Source: Sulfolobales archaeon HS-7
GTDB lineage: Archaea > Thermoproteota > Thermoprotei_A > Sulfolobales > Sulfolobaceae
NCBI GenBank assembly: GCA_019704295.1
Contig: AP024596.1
Span: forward strand, 1,536,001 to 1,600,000
DNA length: 64,000 nt
Direction: 5' to 3'
Shown: piece by piece, positions 42,237 through 52,920 of the stretch
Layout of the letters: each line of letters begins with the position of its first letter
Numbering within the stretch: position 1 is the first letter of the stretch
Translations under genes and position numbers: made by a program
Notes under the pieces: model-generated
The model's input: the letters and a program-made list of their open reading frames with translations, nothing else
Told to the model about the DNA's origin: nothing
Databases searched by the model: none

Positions 42237-42926
42237 CTATAGAGTACCAATAGTTATATGTAAAATGTTCCTTTCAAGCTTCTGTTCCTTGATATAGGCA
42301 ATCTTTGATGTATACTCTGATATTATAGATGCCGCGATCATTGATTGCATAAAACCCAGAATCTCGTAAGTTTTTGCAGGCTTAGGTCCGTATATCCTTA
42401 CCTCAAAGGTAGAATCCTCAAGGGAGTTAACTTTTACATCCCTAGCTACTGTAAATACATCCTTCATTCCCTTCCTAAGAATATATCCCAAGTCCTCATT
42501 GAAAGTCAGCATTTTCTGCATCTCGTTAACTACAATAGTGCCAGGAGTTTCTAGAAACACTCCGAATTCCTTTTCATTAAAGTAATTCATTAACTCCCTG
42601 TTTACCTTCTTAATGCCGCTTTCCGGAATTTTATTTACTAAAAGCATACCGTTCGCTCCCAGGGATGACGGAACGAAAAGTCTATAGAACTGCTCCTTTC
42701 CGTAATATCTAAAAATCGCCTCGATATTAGATACGAGAGAAGTTAAAAGTAGTTCGTTGCTATCTTCTTTTTCACTACCAGTTAATCCTAGACCTACTGT
42801 TGAGGTTGAGATTATACCGATCGACAAAACCGCAAGAGGGATATATGAGGTGATTAGAAGAGAAAGGAACAACATACCTATACCGAAGATCATTATGTAT
42901 ATCCAAATGTAACCCATTTCTTTCAT
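42237..42926 (-). CDS. Uncharacterised archaeal membrane protein (2 N-terminal TMs)
   Basis: 229-aa ORF with ATGA overlap to the upstream GT4; soluble C-terminal domain. Confidence 0.8.
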   Translation of the reverse strand: MKEMGYIWIYIMIFGIGMLFLSLLITSYIPLAVLSIGIISTSTVGLGLTGSEKEDSNELLLTSLVSNIEAIFRYYGKEQFYRLFVPSSLGANGMLLVNKIPESGIKKVNRELMNYFNEKEFGVFLETPGTIVVNEMQKMLTFNEDLGYILRKGMKDVFTVARDVKVNSLEDSTFEVRIYGPKPAKTYEILGFMQSMIAASIISEYTSKIAYIKEQKLERNILHITIGTL

Positions 42927-43978
42927 TGTAATATTCCCCTATAGAGTTCCTCGTGTTGTCTAACAACCTCCTCCCAAGTCTTTACCTCTTTTTTACCCTG
43001 CTCTCCAACCTGCTGGGCCAATTCAGGAGAGGCGAGCACAGCGTTAATTTGCCTTACCATTTCCGACTCTGAGGCTTTTGGAAATAGAAATCCGTTTTCG
43101 CCATGTCTTATTCTATAACTTAAACTGCCTGCGCTACTAGCGACTACCGCCTTGCCTCTTGCCCAGGCTTCGCTAAGTACTATTGAATATGCTTCCGCGT
43201 AATCCGATATACTCGGTATGATAACCGCTTCCGAGTTATCTATTAATCTTATTTTCTCATCCTCATTAACGTATCCTGTAAATTTCACTTTCCCCTCAAC
43301 GCCTTCCCTCCTCGCCATCTTCTGGTAATATCTGACGTCACCAGAACCTGCAATTATCACATTTGCGTTGATTTTTTTCGTAGCTCTTATCAATAGTTCT
43401 ACCCCTTTCAATCTCTCTAACCTTCCTACATATAAAACATATCTATCCCCTTGTGATGGGGAACGCGTTGTAGCTAAATACCTTTCGTCTACTCCGTCCT
43501 CAATTACCGCAGGATCGAATCCCCATCTCTCCCTGACGATTTTACTATCACGGTAGTTCTTCACTATAAGTCGCTTACTATTTAATGCTATTCCTAATCC
43601 CCAGCTAGAGTAAAGCTTGCCTAATGTCCTCTTGATCAAGCTCGGATGGTCTGCTAACGAATCTATTGCCATTAGGGTAAATACGCTATTCTTTATTCCT
43701 TTATGTAACAATAAGGAGAAAAGGGAATTTTGTGAATGAAAGTGGACTAAATCTGCGTCATTAAGTTCTTCTGGAACCTCTAAAGGTACAGTAATATCGT
43801 TTATACCTAACATCTTAATAGATCTAGGCTTGACCGTCCTGAACGTAGAGTCTAAGCTTGAGGTGCAGACCACAGTTACATCGTGTTTCCTTGCCAATCT
43901 CGTGGATAACTCATAAACGACTTTTTCAATCCCTCCCACTTTAGGATCAGCGGATCGAGCAACATGAACTAATTTCAT
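42923..43978 (-). CDS. GT4 glycosyltransferase (start corrected to ATG 43978)
   Basis: MKLVHV..PKVGGIE, VGRLERLKG, EAYSIVLSEAWARGK; ATGA overlap with the upstream GT2. Confidence 0.92.
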   Translation of the reverse strand: MKLVHVARSADPKVGGIEKVVYELSTRLARKHDVTVVCTSSLDSTFRTVKPRSIKMLGINDITVPLEVPEELNDADLVHFHSQNSLFSLLLHKGIKNSVFTLMAIDSLADHPSLIKRTLGKLYSSWGLGIALNSKRLIVKNYRDSKIVRERWGFDPAVIEDGVDERYLATTRSPSQGDRYVLYVGRLERLKGVELLIRATKKINANVIIAGSGDVRYYQKMARREGVEGKVKFTGYVNEDEKIRLIDNSEAVIIPSISDYAEAYSIVLSEAWARGKAVVASSAGSLSYRIRHGENGFLFPKASESEMVRQINAVLASPELAQQVGEQGKKEVKTWEEVVRQHEELYRGILQ

Positions 43979-45030
43979 TTTAATTCCTTCCTCCATACGA
44001 TGACTTCTCCCTTCATTGCGAAGAATTGTGATAAGATTAAGGCTATTTGGTTCGGTATCCAAGCTAACGCGATCTTCCTGAACCTCTTATTAACCATAAA
44101 AAGAGAGGCAATAGCGATGACGCCCATCGTAATCACTGGGGCGGAGAAAAGCATTAGCGAAAGGCCTATTATTAAGAACCAAGGTCCCACGGTATGAAGG
44201 TAAGTCTCCTCAGCGAAGACGATCTTAAAGTCCTTATTACTTGATCTCATCACTTTAATTACGTTTCTCAAGAAATGCCTTACTAAATGAGACCCCCTCC
44301 TAGTTTTCCAGCTTAGGTATTCGAGTATTTTCTTCGGAGACTCCTCAACAACCCTCATAGTAGGTATGGATATGGCTCTATATCCCTTCAGTGACAAGAG
44401 AGTTGCTATTGTACTGTCATCAGCTCCAACAGTAGGTATTTCCTCAGGCGTAATCAAATTTCTATTGAAGGCTACCATTTCCCCGTTAAATATGGGAGTA
44501 GAGAACATAGCAGACTCACCTACTCTAACGTCATTATAGAAGTCCCTGTAGGAGTTCTCTAGTTCCCCATAGGAGTGTTTCACGCAAGTTACGGCCCCGA
44601 CTTTACCATTAAGATAACTTAGGGCATTGCTTAACGGATCGATCCAGATAGCGTCGGCATCCGTTACTACAACTATATCGCCCTTCGATTGCCTCATTGC
44701 TTCCTTTACCGCGTGAATTTTACCTGTTCGATTTTGTTGTTTTATGAGCTTCACGTCACTGAACTCCCTCAATTCCTCTTCAATGCCATCCTTGCTAGAG
44801 TCTATAATTATGACCTCCACGTTCTCTCCTTTTGTCTTCTCAAACACATTTTTCAGTTTCTTCCTAATTCTAGCTCTCTCATTATAGGTAGGAATAATAA
44901 TCGATATCAATGGTAAAGGACGATTGGTGGGTGTAGTGCTAAGTTTTCTCTTACTAATTACCGAGTAATAGCCGATGGGTTGGACGAAATGAAGTGAAGT
45001 TATTAGCACCCCTAAGTCAAATAACAACAT
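43975..45030 (-). CDS. Membrane GT2 of the synthase-like (PgaC/IcaA-related) type
   Basis: IPTYNE, TGKIHA, TDAD, NGEM, GADD, WKTRR at the QxxRW position; flanking TMs. Confidence 0.85.
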   Translation of the reverse strand: MLLFDLGVLITSLHFVQPIGYYSVISKRKLSTTPTNRPLPLISIIIPTYNERARIRKKLKNVFEKTKGENVEVIIIDSSKDGIEEELREFSDVKLIKQQNRTGKIHAVKEAMRQSKGDIVVVTDADAIWIDPLSNALSYLNGKVGAVTCVKHSYGELENSYRDFYNDVRVGESAMFSTPIFNGEMVAFNRNLITPEEIPTVGADDSTIATLLSLKGYRAISIPTMRVVEESPKKILEYLSWKTRRGSHLVRHFLRNVIKVMRSSNKDFKIVFAEETYLHTVGPWFLIIGLSLMLFSAPVITMGVIAIASLFMVNKRFRKIALAWIPNQIALILSQFFAMKGEVIVWRKELK

Positions 45031-45099
45031 GATGTATTCAGAATCGTTTTGATTCCCCTCATAATAAATGGCATTGTAGATGTTATGTTTCTAGTTCTA

Positions 45100-46080
45100 T
45101 ATTTTGCCTTATATCGAGCATAGTGGTTTACAAATAAGTCGGAGGGAATAGCGTAAAATGAAAGCAATGGCAATCATGCCTTTAACCAAATTCAACAGTG
45201 AATTCATAACGGCTATTTCTTCCATAGTTTATTTATGATAACGGAGTAACCGACATATCGAGCGTCTTTGAGGACGATGCAGATCAAAACTACTTAAGGG
45301 CTTTAAGAAAGAATTTCCAGAATATTATGGCTAGAATTAAGAGAAGCAAAGCAACGTCAGAAAAGCCTACTTCGAAATCAAGAAAATTTACTTCGATTGA
45401 CTCATATCCCACACGAGAAACTCGGTAATCTAAAAATTTTCATTATGCAATACTAATTCCATAGCGAAACTAATGAGAGAGATCTATTAAGCGTAGAGTG
45501 TGATGAGCTTTATCCTCCTATTATCTTACCTCAGGATGACGTCGGAACCGATAAAAGAAATTTTTTAGTGAGAATTGGAAAATACCGTTAAGTGAAGGAA
45601 GTGGAAGGGGTTCATATCAATCGCAAAATTAGTAAGAAAAACTCAAACGCAGAATTCAAAGATATCGGAAAACTCGGCCGATTTCACTTCAGCATGATGA
45701 ACCCAGGCTATTAACGAGGAATGAAGTGGAACTATTAATTGATGTTAGCGAGAGAGAAATGAGACCTTTATCCGTTCGGCGAAGACTGTGCTCCACTATC
45801 AACGAACAGGTAATTTCGGTCTCGGCGTAGCCTAGGCCATGTTAGCCGGTGCGGTTCCAGTAATTTATAGATTTACCGGATTATGGAAGGATAACTCATA
45901 AGATGGAAATTCGCTCTTAGATGTTCCAATCAAACCTAGGCTTCTGAGATAATATTGGATTCCTATTTAATGCAAATTTATTAGAGAAATGCAGTGTAAT
46001 TTCAAAGCTAAAAGCCAAGAACTTCTTATTCGAAAACTTTCGCTGAAGAGTAAAAAATACTTGATAATTTTGAATAAAAT
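45100..46080 (+). pseudogene. GT4 pseudogene; ends approximate
   Basis: Fragments DELYPPI and NFGLGVA*AMLAGAVPVIY (about 45810-45870) with multiple stops. Confidence 0.65.
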
Positions 46081-46224
46081 CTCTGATAAGTGTTATAGAA
46101 GTTTAACGGTTTTTACCTATACTTTTTACGTCAATACTTAGATAAAACCTTAGGGAAATTGAGGATAATGAAGTATTGGAAAAGTATGTAGACATATTTA
46201 TAGTCGTGTCGATCACTGCATAGT

Positions 46225-47001
46225 ATGGTAATGACAAGTGTAAACTTGATAATACGGGAAAACAATGAAGTAATTGAAAAAATAGTAGAGTCCGTTACCA
46301 ATTCCGCAGACTCCTCAATGGAAATTGTGGTTATACAAAAGGGCACTAAGGGTGCTTCAATCAGAGGGATAAACGCTTATAGATTTGAAGGAAGCATGGG
46401 ACAAGCTAGGAGCTACGCCTTAATGAAGTCTAATGGTAAATACATTATATCGTTAAGTGATAGGCTTTTGTATAAAGACCTCACTTCTCTTGAACAGATA
46501 TATAGCGGCAAATTTGACGGCTATGGTGTGAAGGTCGGAAACAGTTCCTTTTTTTTAGTAACGCAGAGGGCCTTGCTTCAATCGTTAGGGTTCAGAGATC
46601 TTGATTACCTTGATGATTGGGATATACTCTTTAGGTTAACAGATATGAATAGATTACTTTTTATCACAGAACAGGATTATGTTTCTGGACAAATAGAAAA
46701 TGAAATTAATTTGCCCAAAAGAAGCGGACTCTTTAAAAGGAAAAACGTGTTCCTAGACAGCGCTGGTCTGCCCCAGGACAGTTCGACGGAACAAATATTA
46801 AAGGAGCTCGTTAAAGGAGCAGATAAGGATTACAAATGCACTCGCTTCCTGGACGACTTCCCCGCTAAGTATAATCTACCCTTAGCTTATAGATACTACT
46901 ATAACATGATAAGGCTAGAGTACTTTAGGACAATGAACCCGTTATTCAAGGAAAGTATGGATTTAGTAATGAAAGACTACGAGAAAGGGTTAGGACAATG
47001 A
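46225..47001 (+). CDS. Divergent GT2-like protein lacking a clear DxD
   Basis: MGQARSYALMKSNGKYIISLSD, LGFRDLDYLDDWDILFRL. Confidence 0.75.
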   Translation: MVMTSVNLIIRENNEVIEKIVESVTNSADSSMEIVVIQKGTKGASIRGINAYRFEGSMGQARSYALMKSNGKYIISLSDRLLYKDLTSLEQIYSGKFDGYGVKVGNSSFFLVTQRALLQSLGFRDLDYLDDWDILFRLTDMNRLLFITEQDYVSGQIENEINLPKRSGLFKRKNVFLDSAGLPQDSSTEQILKELVKGADKDYKCTRFLDDFPAKYNLPLAYRYYYNMIRLEYFRTMNPLFKESMDLVMKDYEKGLGQ

Positions 47002-48209
47002 AAATTCACATGGTCACGGAAACGGAACAAAGAGGTACTTACGCAACTTTCCTTATCACATTCCTTAGACTAAAATCGTTAGGTTTCGACGTGAAAATGC
47101 ATACTCTCTTTAACTCTGAATTCGATGTTTTGGAACCTCCCAGTAAGAGTAGTATATTCGGAGAGGAAACCGTTATGAACTCGGAAGGGTTTTCGTTAAA
47201 AACGCTAGACAGGATTAAACTTGAACCAAGAAATTCAATAGTTCACATTGGGAACGCATGGCATGGTCTAATTCCAATAGCGGAGAAAATGGGAGCGAAA
47301 ACCGTTATTAACATACAATACTGGTGGCCAATTTGTTACTTTAATTCCATGAGCGACTCTAAATGTGATTGTCAAAGCTACTTTAAGATCGCAGGGTGTA
47401 TTAGAAGGAAAAAAGGGGGAATTAAAGGGATCGCATCGTTAGCTGAGGCGGAGTACGCTAAAAGGAAATTAAAGGCAATAAGGGAAAACGTATCTCAAGC
47501 GTCTGCAATCATAGCGGTAAGTAAGGTAGTTAAAAACGAACTTATCAAAAGGGGGTTCCCCGAGGAGAAAATACGTGTGGTGGAGGTTAACGCGCTAACG
47601 CTAGCCATAAAATACTCTCAACCAAGACATCATAAGTTCTTTACCTATGCATACCTTAGTTACCCAGATAGAGAAAAGGGTATATTTCAACTGTTGACAG
47701 CTTTCACAATAGCACTTAAGAAAAACCCTAACATAAGACTGAAAATACCGGGTGGGCTGGATTCAAAAGAGGTTGTAAAAGAGGTCCACAGATTGGGAAT
47801 TAATAAACAGGTCATGCTTTCAAAAAGGGTACCGTACTCTGAATACATGGGATCACTTGGAGAGATGCTATCTGACGTCGACTTCGTCGTAGTTCCCAGC
47901 CTTTACCTTGATACGTGGGGGAGAGTGGTTATCGAGTCAATGATGGCGGGCAGACCCACTATCGTGACGCAAGGAAATGGGGGACTTGTGGAACAAGTCG
48001 AGGACGGAGTTGACGGATTTCACGTAAACACTTACGATGTTAATGCTTTCGGTGAATTTTTGTATAAGACGTCTATGATGAACTCTGAGGATGTAATGAA
48101 AATGGGAGTTAAGGCTAGAAACAACATGCTGAGGAAGTTCAATAACGACAATATAATGAACAGGCTAATCGCAATTTACAGAGAGATTGGGGAAAACGGA
48201 ACGCAATGA
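46998..48209 (+). CDS. GT4 glycosyltransferase with Cys-rich insert
   Basis: REKG, VVPSLYLDTWGRVVIESMMAGRP, GGLVEQV. Confidence 0.92.
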   Translation: MKIHMVTETEQRGTYATFLITFLRLKSLGFDVKMHTLFNSEFDVLEPPSKSSIFGEETVMNSEGFSLKTLDRIKLEPRNSIVHIGNAWHGLIPIAEKMGAKTVINIQYWWPICYFNSMSDSKCDCQSYFKIAGCIRRKKGGIKGIASLAEAEYAKRKLKAIRENVSQASAIIAVSKVVKNELIKRGFPEEKIRVVEVNALTLAIKYSQPRHHKFFTYAYLSYPDREKGIFQLLTAFTIALKKNPNIRLKIPGGLDSKEVVKEVHRLGINKQVMLSKRVPYSEYMGSLGEMLSDVDFVVVPSLYLDTWGRVVIESMMAGRPTIVTQGNGGLVEQVEDGVDGFHVNTYDVNAFGEFLYKTSMMNSEDVMKMGVKARNNMLRKFNNDNIMNRLIAIYREIGENGTQ

Positions 48210-49252
48210 AAAGTGTATCAGTGATTCTCCTTGACGCGAGATCGTTAGGGGGAATTCAGCTTATGACTTTTGAGGTAATGAGGATCCTGAGAAACAACGA
48301 CTATCCCGTAACCTTTGTTACCAGTAACGTCTCGAGTACTGTAATGAGGTACCTATCCGAAATGAAAATAAAGGGGTTAAAGATCAGGAATTTACCTAAA
48401 ATTCCGACGATTACTGGAGAAATGTATTTCTCACACGTGTTTTATAGAGAAAAAGAGGAATTAGGAATGAATATGCATGGAGATATTCAGCCAATAGAAT
48501 CTAACATAATATATTTTCATCAGTTTAATATTGATTATAGAATGCGTTCTCCTCTTTTTAAGAGAATGGTCCTCCTTCCGCAATACTATGTCAGGAAGAG
48601 GTTTTTAACGAAGGTAAAAACTACCAATAACTTAGTCCTAGTAAACAGCGAGTGGACTAAAAGGGAGGCAAGGGATTTTTGGGGAATAAATGCAAGGGTG
48701 TTGCACCCTCCCGTTTCCTTAACGGATTTACGAAATATCTATACGACGGAAAGGGAAAACAGAGTAGTGACGATATCTAGATTTTCACCAGATAGAGGAT
48801 TAGAAAACGTTCTTAAAACTGCAAACAATAGCGAGTTCAAGTTTACCCTAGCGGGCTTTGTAGAGAACAAATCTTACTTTAAACGCCTTGACGAGAATAA
48901 GGGGAAAAACGTAGAACTCATACCTAACATAGGTAATGAAGAAAAGGTAAAACTCTTTTCTCGTTCTAAAGTTTACCTCAATCCTACTCCTTACGTGGAG
49001 GGGTTCGGCGTTTCGGTTGTGGAAGGAATGGCCGCTGGTCTGATCCCCGTTACTAAGAATACAGGCGGTGTCTTAGACTTCGTTCCGAAGGAATTCATGT
49101 TTGAAAAAATAGATGAGGCACCCTCTTTAATAACAAATGCAATGCGTTCCTGGGGTGAGAGGAAAATGTATGATATGAAGGGAATAGCCGAGACGTTCTC
49201 TAGTGAGGTCTTCGAGAAAAGATTGTTAACGTTGTTGGAAGAATTTAGGTAG
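48206..49252 (+). CDS. GT4 glycosyltransferase
   Basis: VNSEWT, LHPPV, ISRFSPDRG, EGFGVSVVEGMAAGLIPV. Confidence 0.92.
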   Translation: MKSVSVILLDARSLGGIQLMTFEVMRILRNNDYPVTFVTSNVSSTVMRYLSEMKIKGLKIRNLPKIPTITGEMYFSHVFYREKEELGMNMHGDIQPIESNIIYFHQFNIDYRMRSPLFKRMVLLPQYYVRKRFLTKVKTTNNLVLVNSEWTKREARDFWGINARVLHPPVSLTDLRNIYTTERENRVVTISRFSPDRGLENVLKTANNSEFKFTLAGFVENKSYFKRLDENKGKNVELIPNIGNEEKVKLFSRSKVYLNPTPYVEGFGVSVVEGMAAGLIPVTKNTGGVLDFVPKEFMFEKIDEAPSLITNAMRSWGERKMYDMKGIAETFSSEVFEKRLLTLLEEFR

Positions 49253-49304
49253 GAGGGAAAAAGTACCATGCTAATTTTTAACGAACGTACTTTAGAATAA
49301 AGTT

Positions 49305-50417
49305 ATGGACATTGTTTTACTGCCAGGCTCTACAGAGAACGCATGGGACGGAATAGAAGTTTACTCTTATGAAGTAGGAAGACGGTTAGCAGAAAAGGGA
49401 CATAATGTAGTAGGAATAAAGTTAGGGGATAAGAGCTTTATTAGGGATGTCAGCGAAAGGTTTTCAGTTAAGTACATAGCCGTTCCGGGAATAAAGGGGG
49501 GATTAGGATATCATATGAGGTTTGGTTTAGCTGTTTCTAAAAGTAGAGAAGCGCTCTTGAATTCAAATGTTATTCACGCTATAGGCGGGTATTACGCCCC
49601 AATCGAGTTCCTCCCACATAAGAAGGTCGTTACGGTTATTGGTGCAAGTTCGTTAAGGGAGAAAAGCTCTATGAAAAAGTCTCTACGGAGACTTATGGGA
49701 AGAATGCTTTATAAAATGGCAGACGCATATATTGCACCAAATCAACTCATAAAAAATGAATTGGAAGTTTATTACAAGATCAGTAACCCGTTTCTGATCC
49801 CTAATGGGGTCGACCTTGATGGTCTGAGGGTGGAGAGGAGGAAGGAAATTAGGGATAAATTCGGAATATCTCCAGACGAAAAAGTCGTCCTATATCTAGG
49901 TCAGTTGGTTTATGGAAAACGACTAAAGGAGCTAATTGTCTCTTTTGCAAAGCTTTCTGAAACCGAGGAGAAAGCTAGGTTAATTCTCGTTGCGTGGGGA
50001 TATCTTAAGGACCAAATCCAGGCGCTCATAAAGGACCTTAGAATTACGTCAAAAGTTAGCCTAATCAAGCCGGTCAAATACCCCGAAAGGAAATACGCAT
50101 ACTCGCTAGGAGATGTTTTCGTCATGATGGGCGAATCCTTTGGTGACGGAGGAGTAAGCTCGGCCCTCCTTGATGCTATGGGAGCAGGACTTCCGGTTAT
50201 CGTGTCGAAGAACAGCGTTAACTCCTCACTAGTTATAGACGGATATAACGGCTACTCTGTAAACCCAGAAGTTACTGAAAGCGTGGTTATGGCGATGAAG
50301 AATTGCATTTATAATAGTGAACTTGGTCAAAGATCCCTCGAAATAGCGAGAAATTACGATTGGGGTAAAATAGCTGAGGAAATAATAAAGGTATATGAAT
50401 ACGCATTAAGAAAATGA
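49305..50417 (+). CDS. GT4 glycosyltransferase
   Basis: IPNGVD, YLGQLVYGKR, ALLDAMGAGLPVI, YDW. Confidence 0.92.
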   Translation: MDIVLLPGSTENAWDGIEVYSYEVGRRLAEKGHNVVGIKLGDKSFIRDVSERFSVKYIAVPGIKGGLGYHMRFGLAVSKSREALLNSNVIHAIGGYYAPIEFLPHKKVVTVIGASSLREKSSMKKSLRRLMGRMLYKMADAYIAPNQLIKNELEVYYKISNPFLIPNGVDLDGLRVERRKEIRDKFGISPDEKVVLYLGQLVYGKRLKELIVSFAKLSETEEKARLILVAWGYLKDQIQALIKDLRITSKVSLIKPVKYPERKYAYSLGDVFVMMGESFGDGGVSSALLDAMGAGLPVIVSKNSVNSSLVIDGYNGYSVNPEVTESVVMAMKNCIYNSELGQRSLEIARNYDWGKIAEEIIKVYEYALRK

Positions 50418-52085
50418 TACCGATACTACACCTGAACTGAAAAATATCGTAGAATTGGCAACAATTCCGCCACAGTATTCATGATATCCCTTCAAGTTAG
50501 GACCATTAAAGTATTCGGATAAAGTCTCTACATATGGCCCTATAAACTGCACGTTATTTGACGTTATGTAAAGCGATTGCGAGTTATCCCCTTCGTAAAT
50601 GTAGATCTGTTTATAAAAGCTGTAAGTTGAAATCGTTGATATCCCGTATTTCCCTAGTATAATTCCAGAGTAAAAAGCCCCCTCAGGTGAGTGTTCTGAG
50701 GTTGAAATCGTTGCATACCCTAATATCGATAACGGTACATTAAAAATCAACCCTATGAACAACAACTTAGCTATAAATCGCCTATCTAAAGTTCTAGTGA
50801 CACTGAAGTAATAGACTAAAACTATCACGTAAAATATCATCGCTTGAGGTATCATACGAGTTAACACGTTACTAACGTTATCTACAAGGCCTACTACAGC
50901 TTGAAACAGTAAAAGCGTTGTTCCTAAATAGACAAGGGTGGTAATTTCCCTCGTGCCTTTCTTTGTTAGTTTTAAAAAAATTACGGAAATCAAGGTGCCT
51001 ATGAGGAAAATTCCTCCCTCTAGTAACTTACTAGCAACAGATATGAAGTGGAATGGAGAGGGAGGGAGGAATGTGGAGACTAGGTTCGCTGCAGGTACCG
51101 AGAGCACCGTCGCCCTTTGTGGAAGAAAGGTGGAAACCAAAAGATTAACGAAACTTCGAATTAACGTAACATCGCCACTTATAGTTCCTGAAGCCGCTGG
51201 ATTGAGGTAGGACCAATATATATATGAACCAAGTCCGGCGAAAAGGGAGTATCCTGTCACTAGTTTTGTTACGTTATATTTCCCCTTAAGAAACCAAAGA
51301 AGAGGTATGGTGAGAACTAGTGTACTTGTAAAGGTAGCTATATCTGTAAGGGACGATAATACAGTAAACGCTATCACAAGGGGGATATACCTAAGCCCTC
51401 CCCTCTTCACAATTAAACCTACGATTAGGATCAAGGGATAGAGTAGGTTATACGACATCAGCTGAGGAGACCATTCTGCAGGTGCAAACGGCATTGAAGA
51501 AAAAACGTATATAATTCCAGCTAGTTCGGATAGAGGGGGCTTTAAAAATAGTCTGATAAATACATAGTCCACAATATACTGGAATAAGGTAAAGAACATC
51601 GGGCCGTAGTAGAGAAAAAAACTAGTCGGGCCCATACCCGATACGATATAGGAGAAAGCGCCGAATATGTATCCTGCTGGATAATCCGCCTCATATATGC
51701 CCTTATTCGCTACGGTGTTATGTGCAGTTAGTAATATGAAAACTTGAGTCGCATGTCCCAACTCGTCCCTACTTAATATGAAAACAGGATTAATGAAGTA
51801 AAATACGAAGAAACTATTAAATAGAACCAGGAGATATTCTATTCCAATAAGATGTGAGTATAACTTACTCCCTATATTTCTATACTGTGAAATAGTGAAA
51901 ATAGATGAAATAACTGTTAAACCTTCGGCTATCCAATAGGAAAAGGGAAGTTCCTGAACTAGTCCAAAAGGGTACTTCAGAAGATCGTAGTTTGAAATTG
52001 TTACGGATAGAATAACATATATTGTCATTTCTACAGATAGGAACAGGAGTGCGAGAGAGACGATTTCTACCTTCTTTAACGTCAA
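50406..52085 (-). CDS. Polytopic membrane protein, GT-C/Wzy polymerase-like candidate
   Basis: About 12-13 TMs; RDELGH loop and YPAGY after the N-terminal TMs; glycan-locus context. Confidence 0.65.
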   Translation of the reverse strand: MTLKKVEIVSLALLFLSVEMTIYVILSVTISNYDLLKYPFGLVQELPFSYWIAEGLTVISSIFTISQYRNIGSKLYSHLIGIEYLLVLFNSFFVFYFINPVFILSRDELGHATQVFILLTAHNTVANKGIYEADYPAGYIFGAFSYIVSGMGPTSFFLYYGPMFFTLFQYIVDYVFIRLFLKPPLSELAGIIYVFSSMPFAPAEWSPQLMSYNLLYPLILIVGLIVKRGGLRYIPLVIAFTVLSSLTDIATFTSTLVLTIPLLWFLKGKYNVTKLVTGYSLFAGLGSYIYWSYLNPAASGTISGDVTLIRSFVNLLVSTFLPQRATVLSVPAANLVSTFLPPSPFHFISVASKLLEGGIFLIGTLISVIFLKLTKKGTREITTLVYLGTTLLLFQAVVGLVDNVSNVLTRMIPQAMIFYVIVLVYYFSVTRTLDRRFIAKLLFIGLIFNVPLSILGYATISTSEHSPEGAFYSGIILGKYGISTISTYSFYKQIYIYEGDNSQSLYITSNNVQFIGPYVETLSEYFNGPNLKGYHEYCGGIVANSTIFFSSGVVSVSFS

Positions 52086-52095
52086 TTAGCTCACC

Positions 52096-52332
52096 TCACA
52101 AGCCCAGTAATTGAATCATATATATACCAGCCCAAATAATCCACATGAGGGAAACTCCCGTCATAACATAAGACGTTCTCCTCTTCAGCGGATAATAGTA
52201 AACATGTATTAACGCTGTGGCTAATGCGAATAAAATCACGTAAACCCTTATATCAGTAACACCTATAGATGAAAGAATCGTGGCTAAAACCGTATAAGTG
52301 GCGATCATTGTAACTGGTAGAGAATTATTCAA
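52096..52332 (-). CDS. Small 3-TM membrane protein
   Basis: 78 aa, hydrophobic, ATGA overlap with the upstream gene. Confidence 0.75.
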   Translation of the reverse strand: MNNSLPVTMIATYTVLATILSSIGVTDIRVYVILFALATALIHVYYYPLKRRTSYVMTGVSLMWIIWAGIYMIQLLGL

Positions 52333-52805
52333 TCTTCAACCACCACATAGGTCTTAACGAACCAAATAACTTCTCCTGCTATTATCAATGTAACTAGAAT
52401 AGAAGTTGAGGTTATCCCAACAGTGAAATCAAGGATGAACCCTAAGAGAACTACAAGGGAGAAACTAACCCCTAATGATAGGCCCATTTTCTCCAATCCG
52501 TCGAGGTTCTTCATTTCCCTTCCATAAACCACGTAAAGTAAGTTGTAACCAAGTAAAAACGTTACGAAGACTCCTCCAAACATCAATTTAAGGACGTTAT
52601 CGAGGTCTCCCGACGTAAAAAGGGATAAGAGAAGTACTCCACTCGAAACGTGAGTTAAGATCGTTGACAAATCCCATTTGCGTCTTATTTCATAACGACT
52701 TCTTATAATTTCTATAGCTTGTTGCCTGCTGTAGCCGTTTTTCTCCAGTATAGAGACCGCATCCCCAACGGTCATACCATCCAACGTAATATCCTCTTTT
52801 AACAT
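52329..52805 (-). CDS. DUF1616-like membrane domain protein
   Basis: FLLGYNL...LDGLEKMGLSLGVSFSLVVLLGFILD. Confidence 0.72.
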   Translation of the reverse strand: MLKEDITLDGMTVGDAVSILEKNGYSRQQAIEIIRSRYEIRRKWDLSTILTHVSSGVLLLSLFTSGDLDNVLKLMFGGVFVTFLLGYNLLYVVYGREMKNLDGLEKMGLSLGVSFSLVVLLGFILDFTVGITSTSILVTLIIAGEVIWFVKTYVVVED

Positions 52806-52920
52806 AACGATAAATAAGCTCCCGCTAACTAGGTTATTAAATTGATATGATAATTCTCACCATGCGATTCTATTTCTTGAATGCACACATATTAATAGTT
52901 AGGAGTGTACACATTAGATA

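Noticed and set aside
51060-51150. Repeated LVSTFLP peptide in the membrane protein
   Set aside because: Short internal duplication with diverged codons; no further pattern
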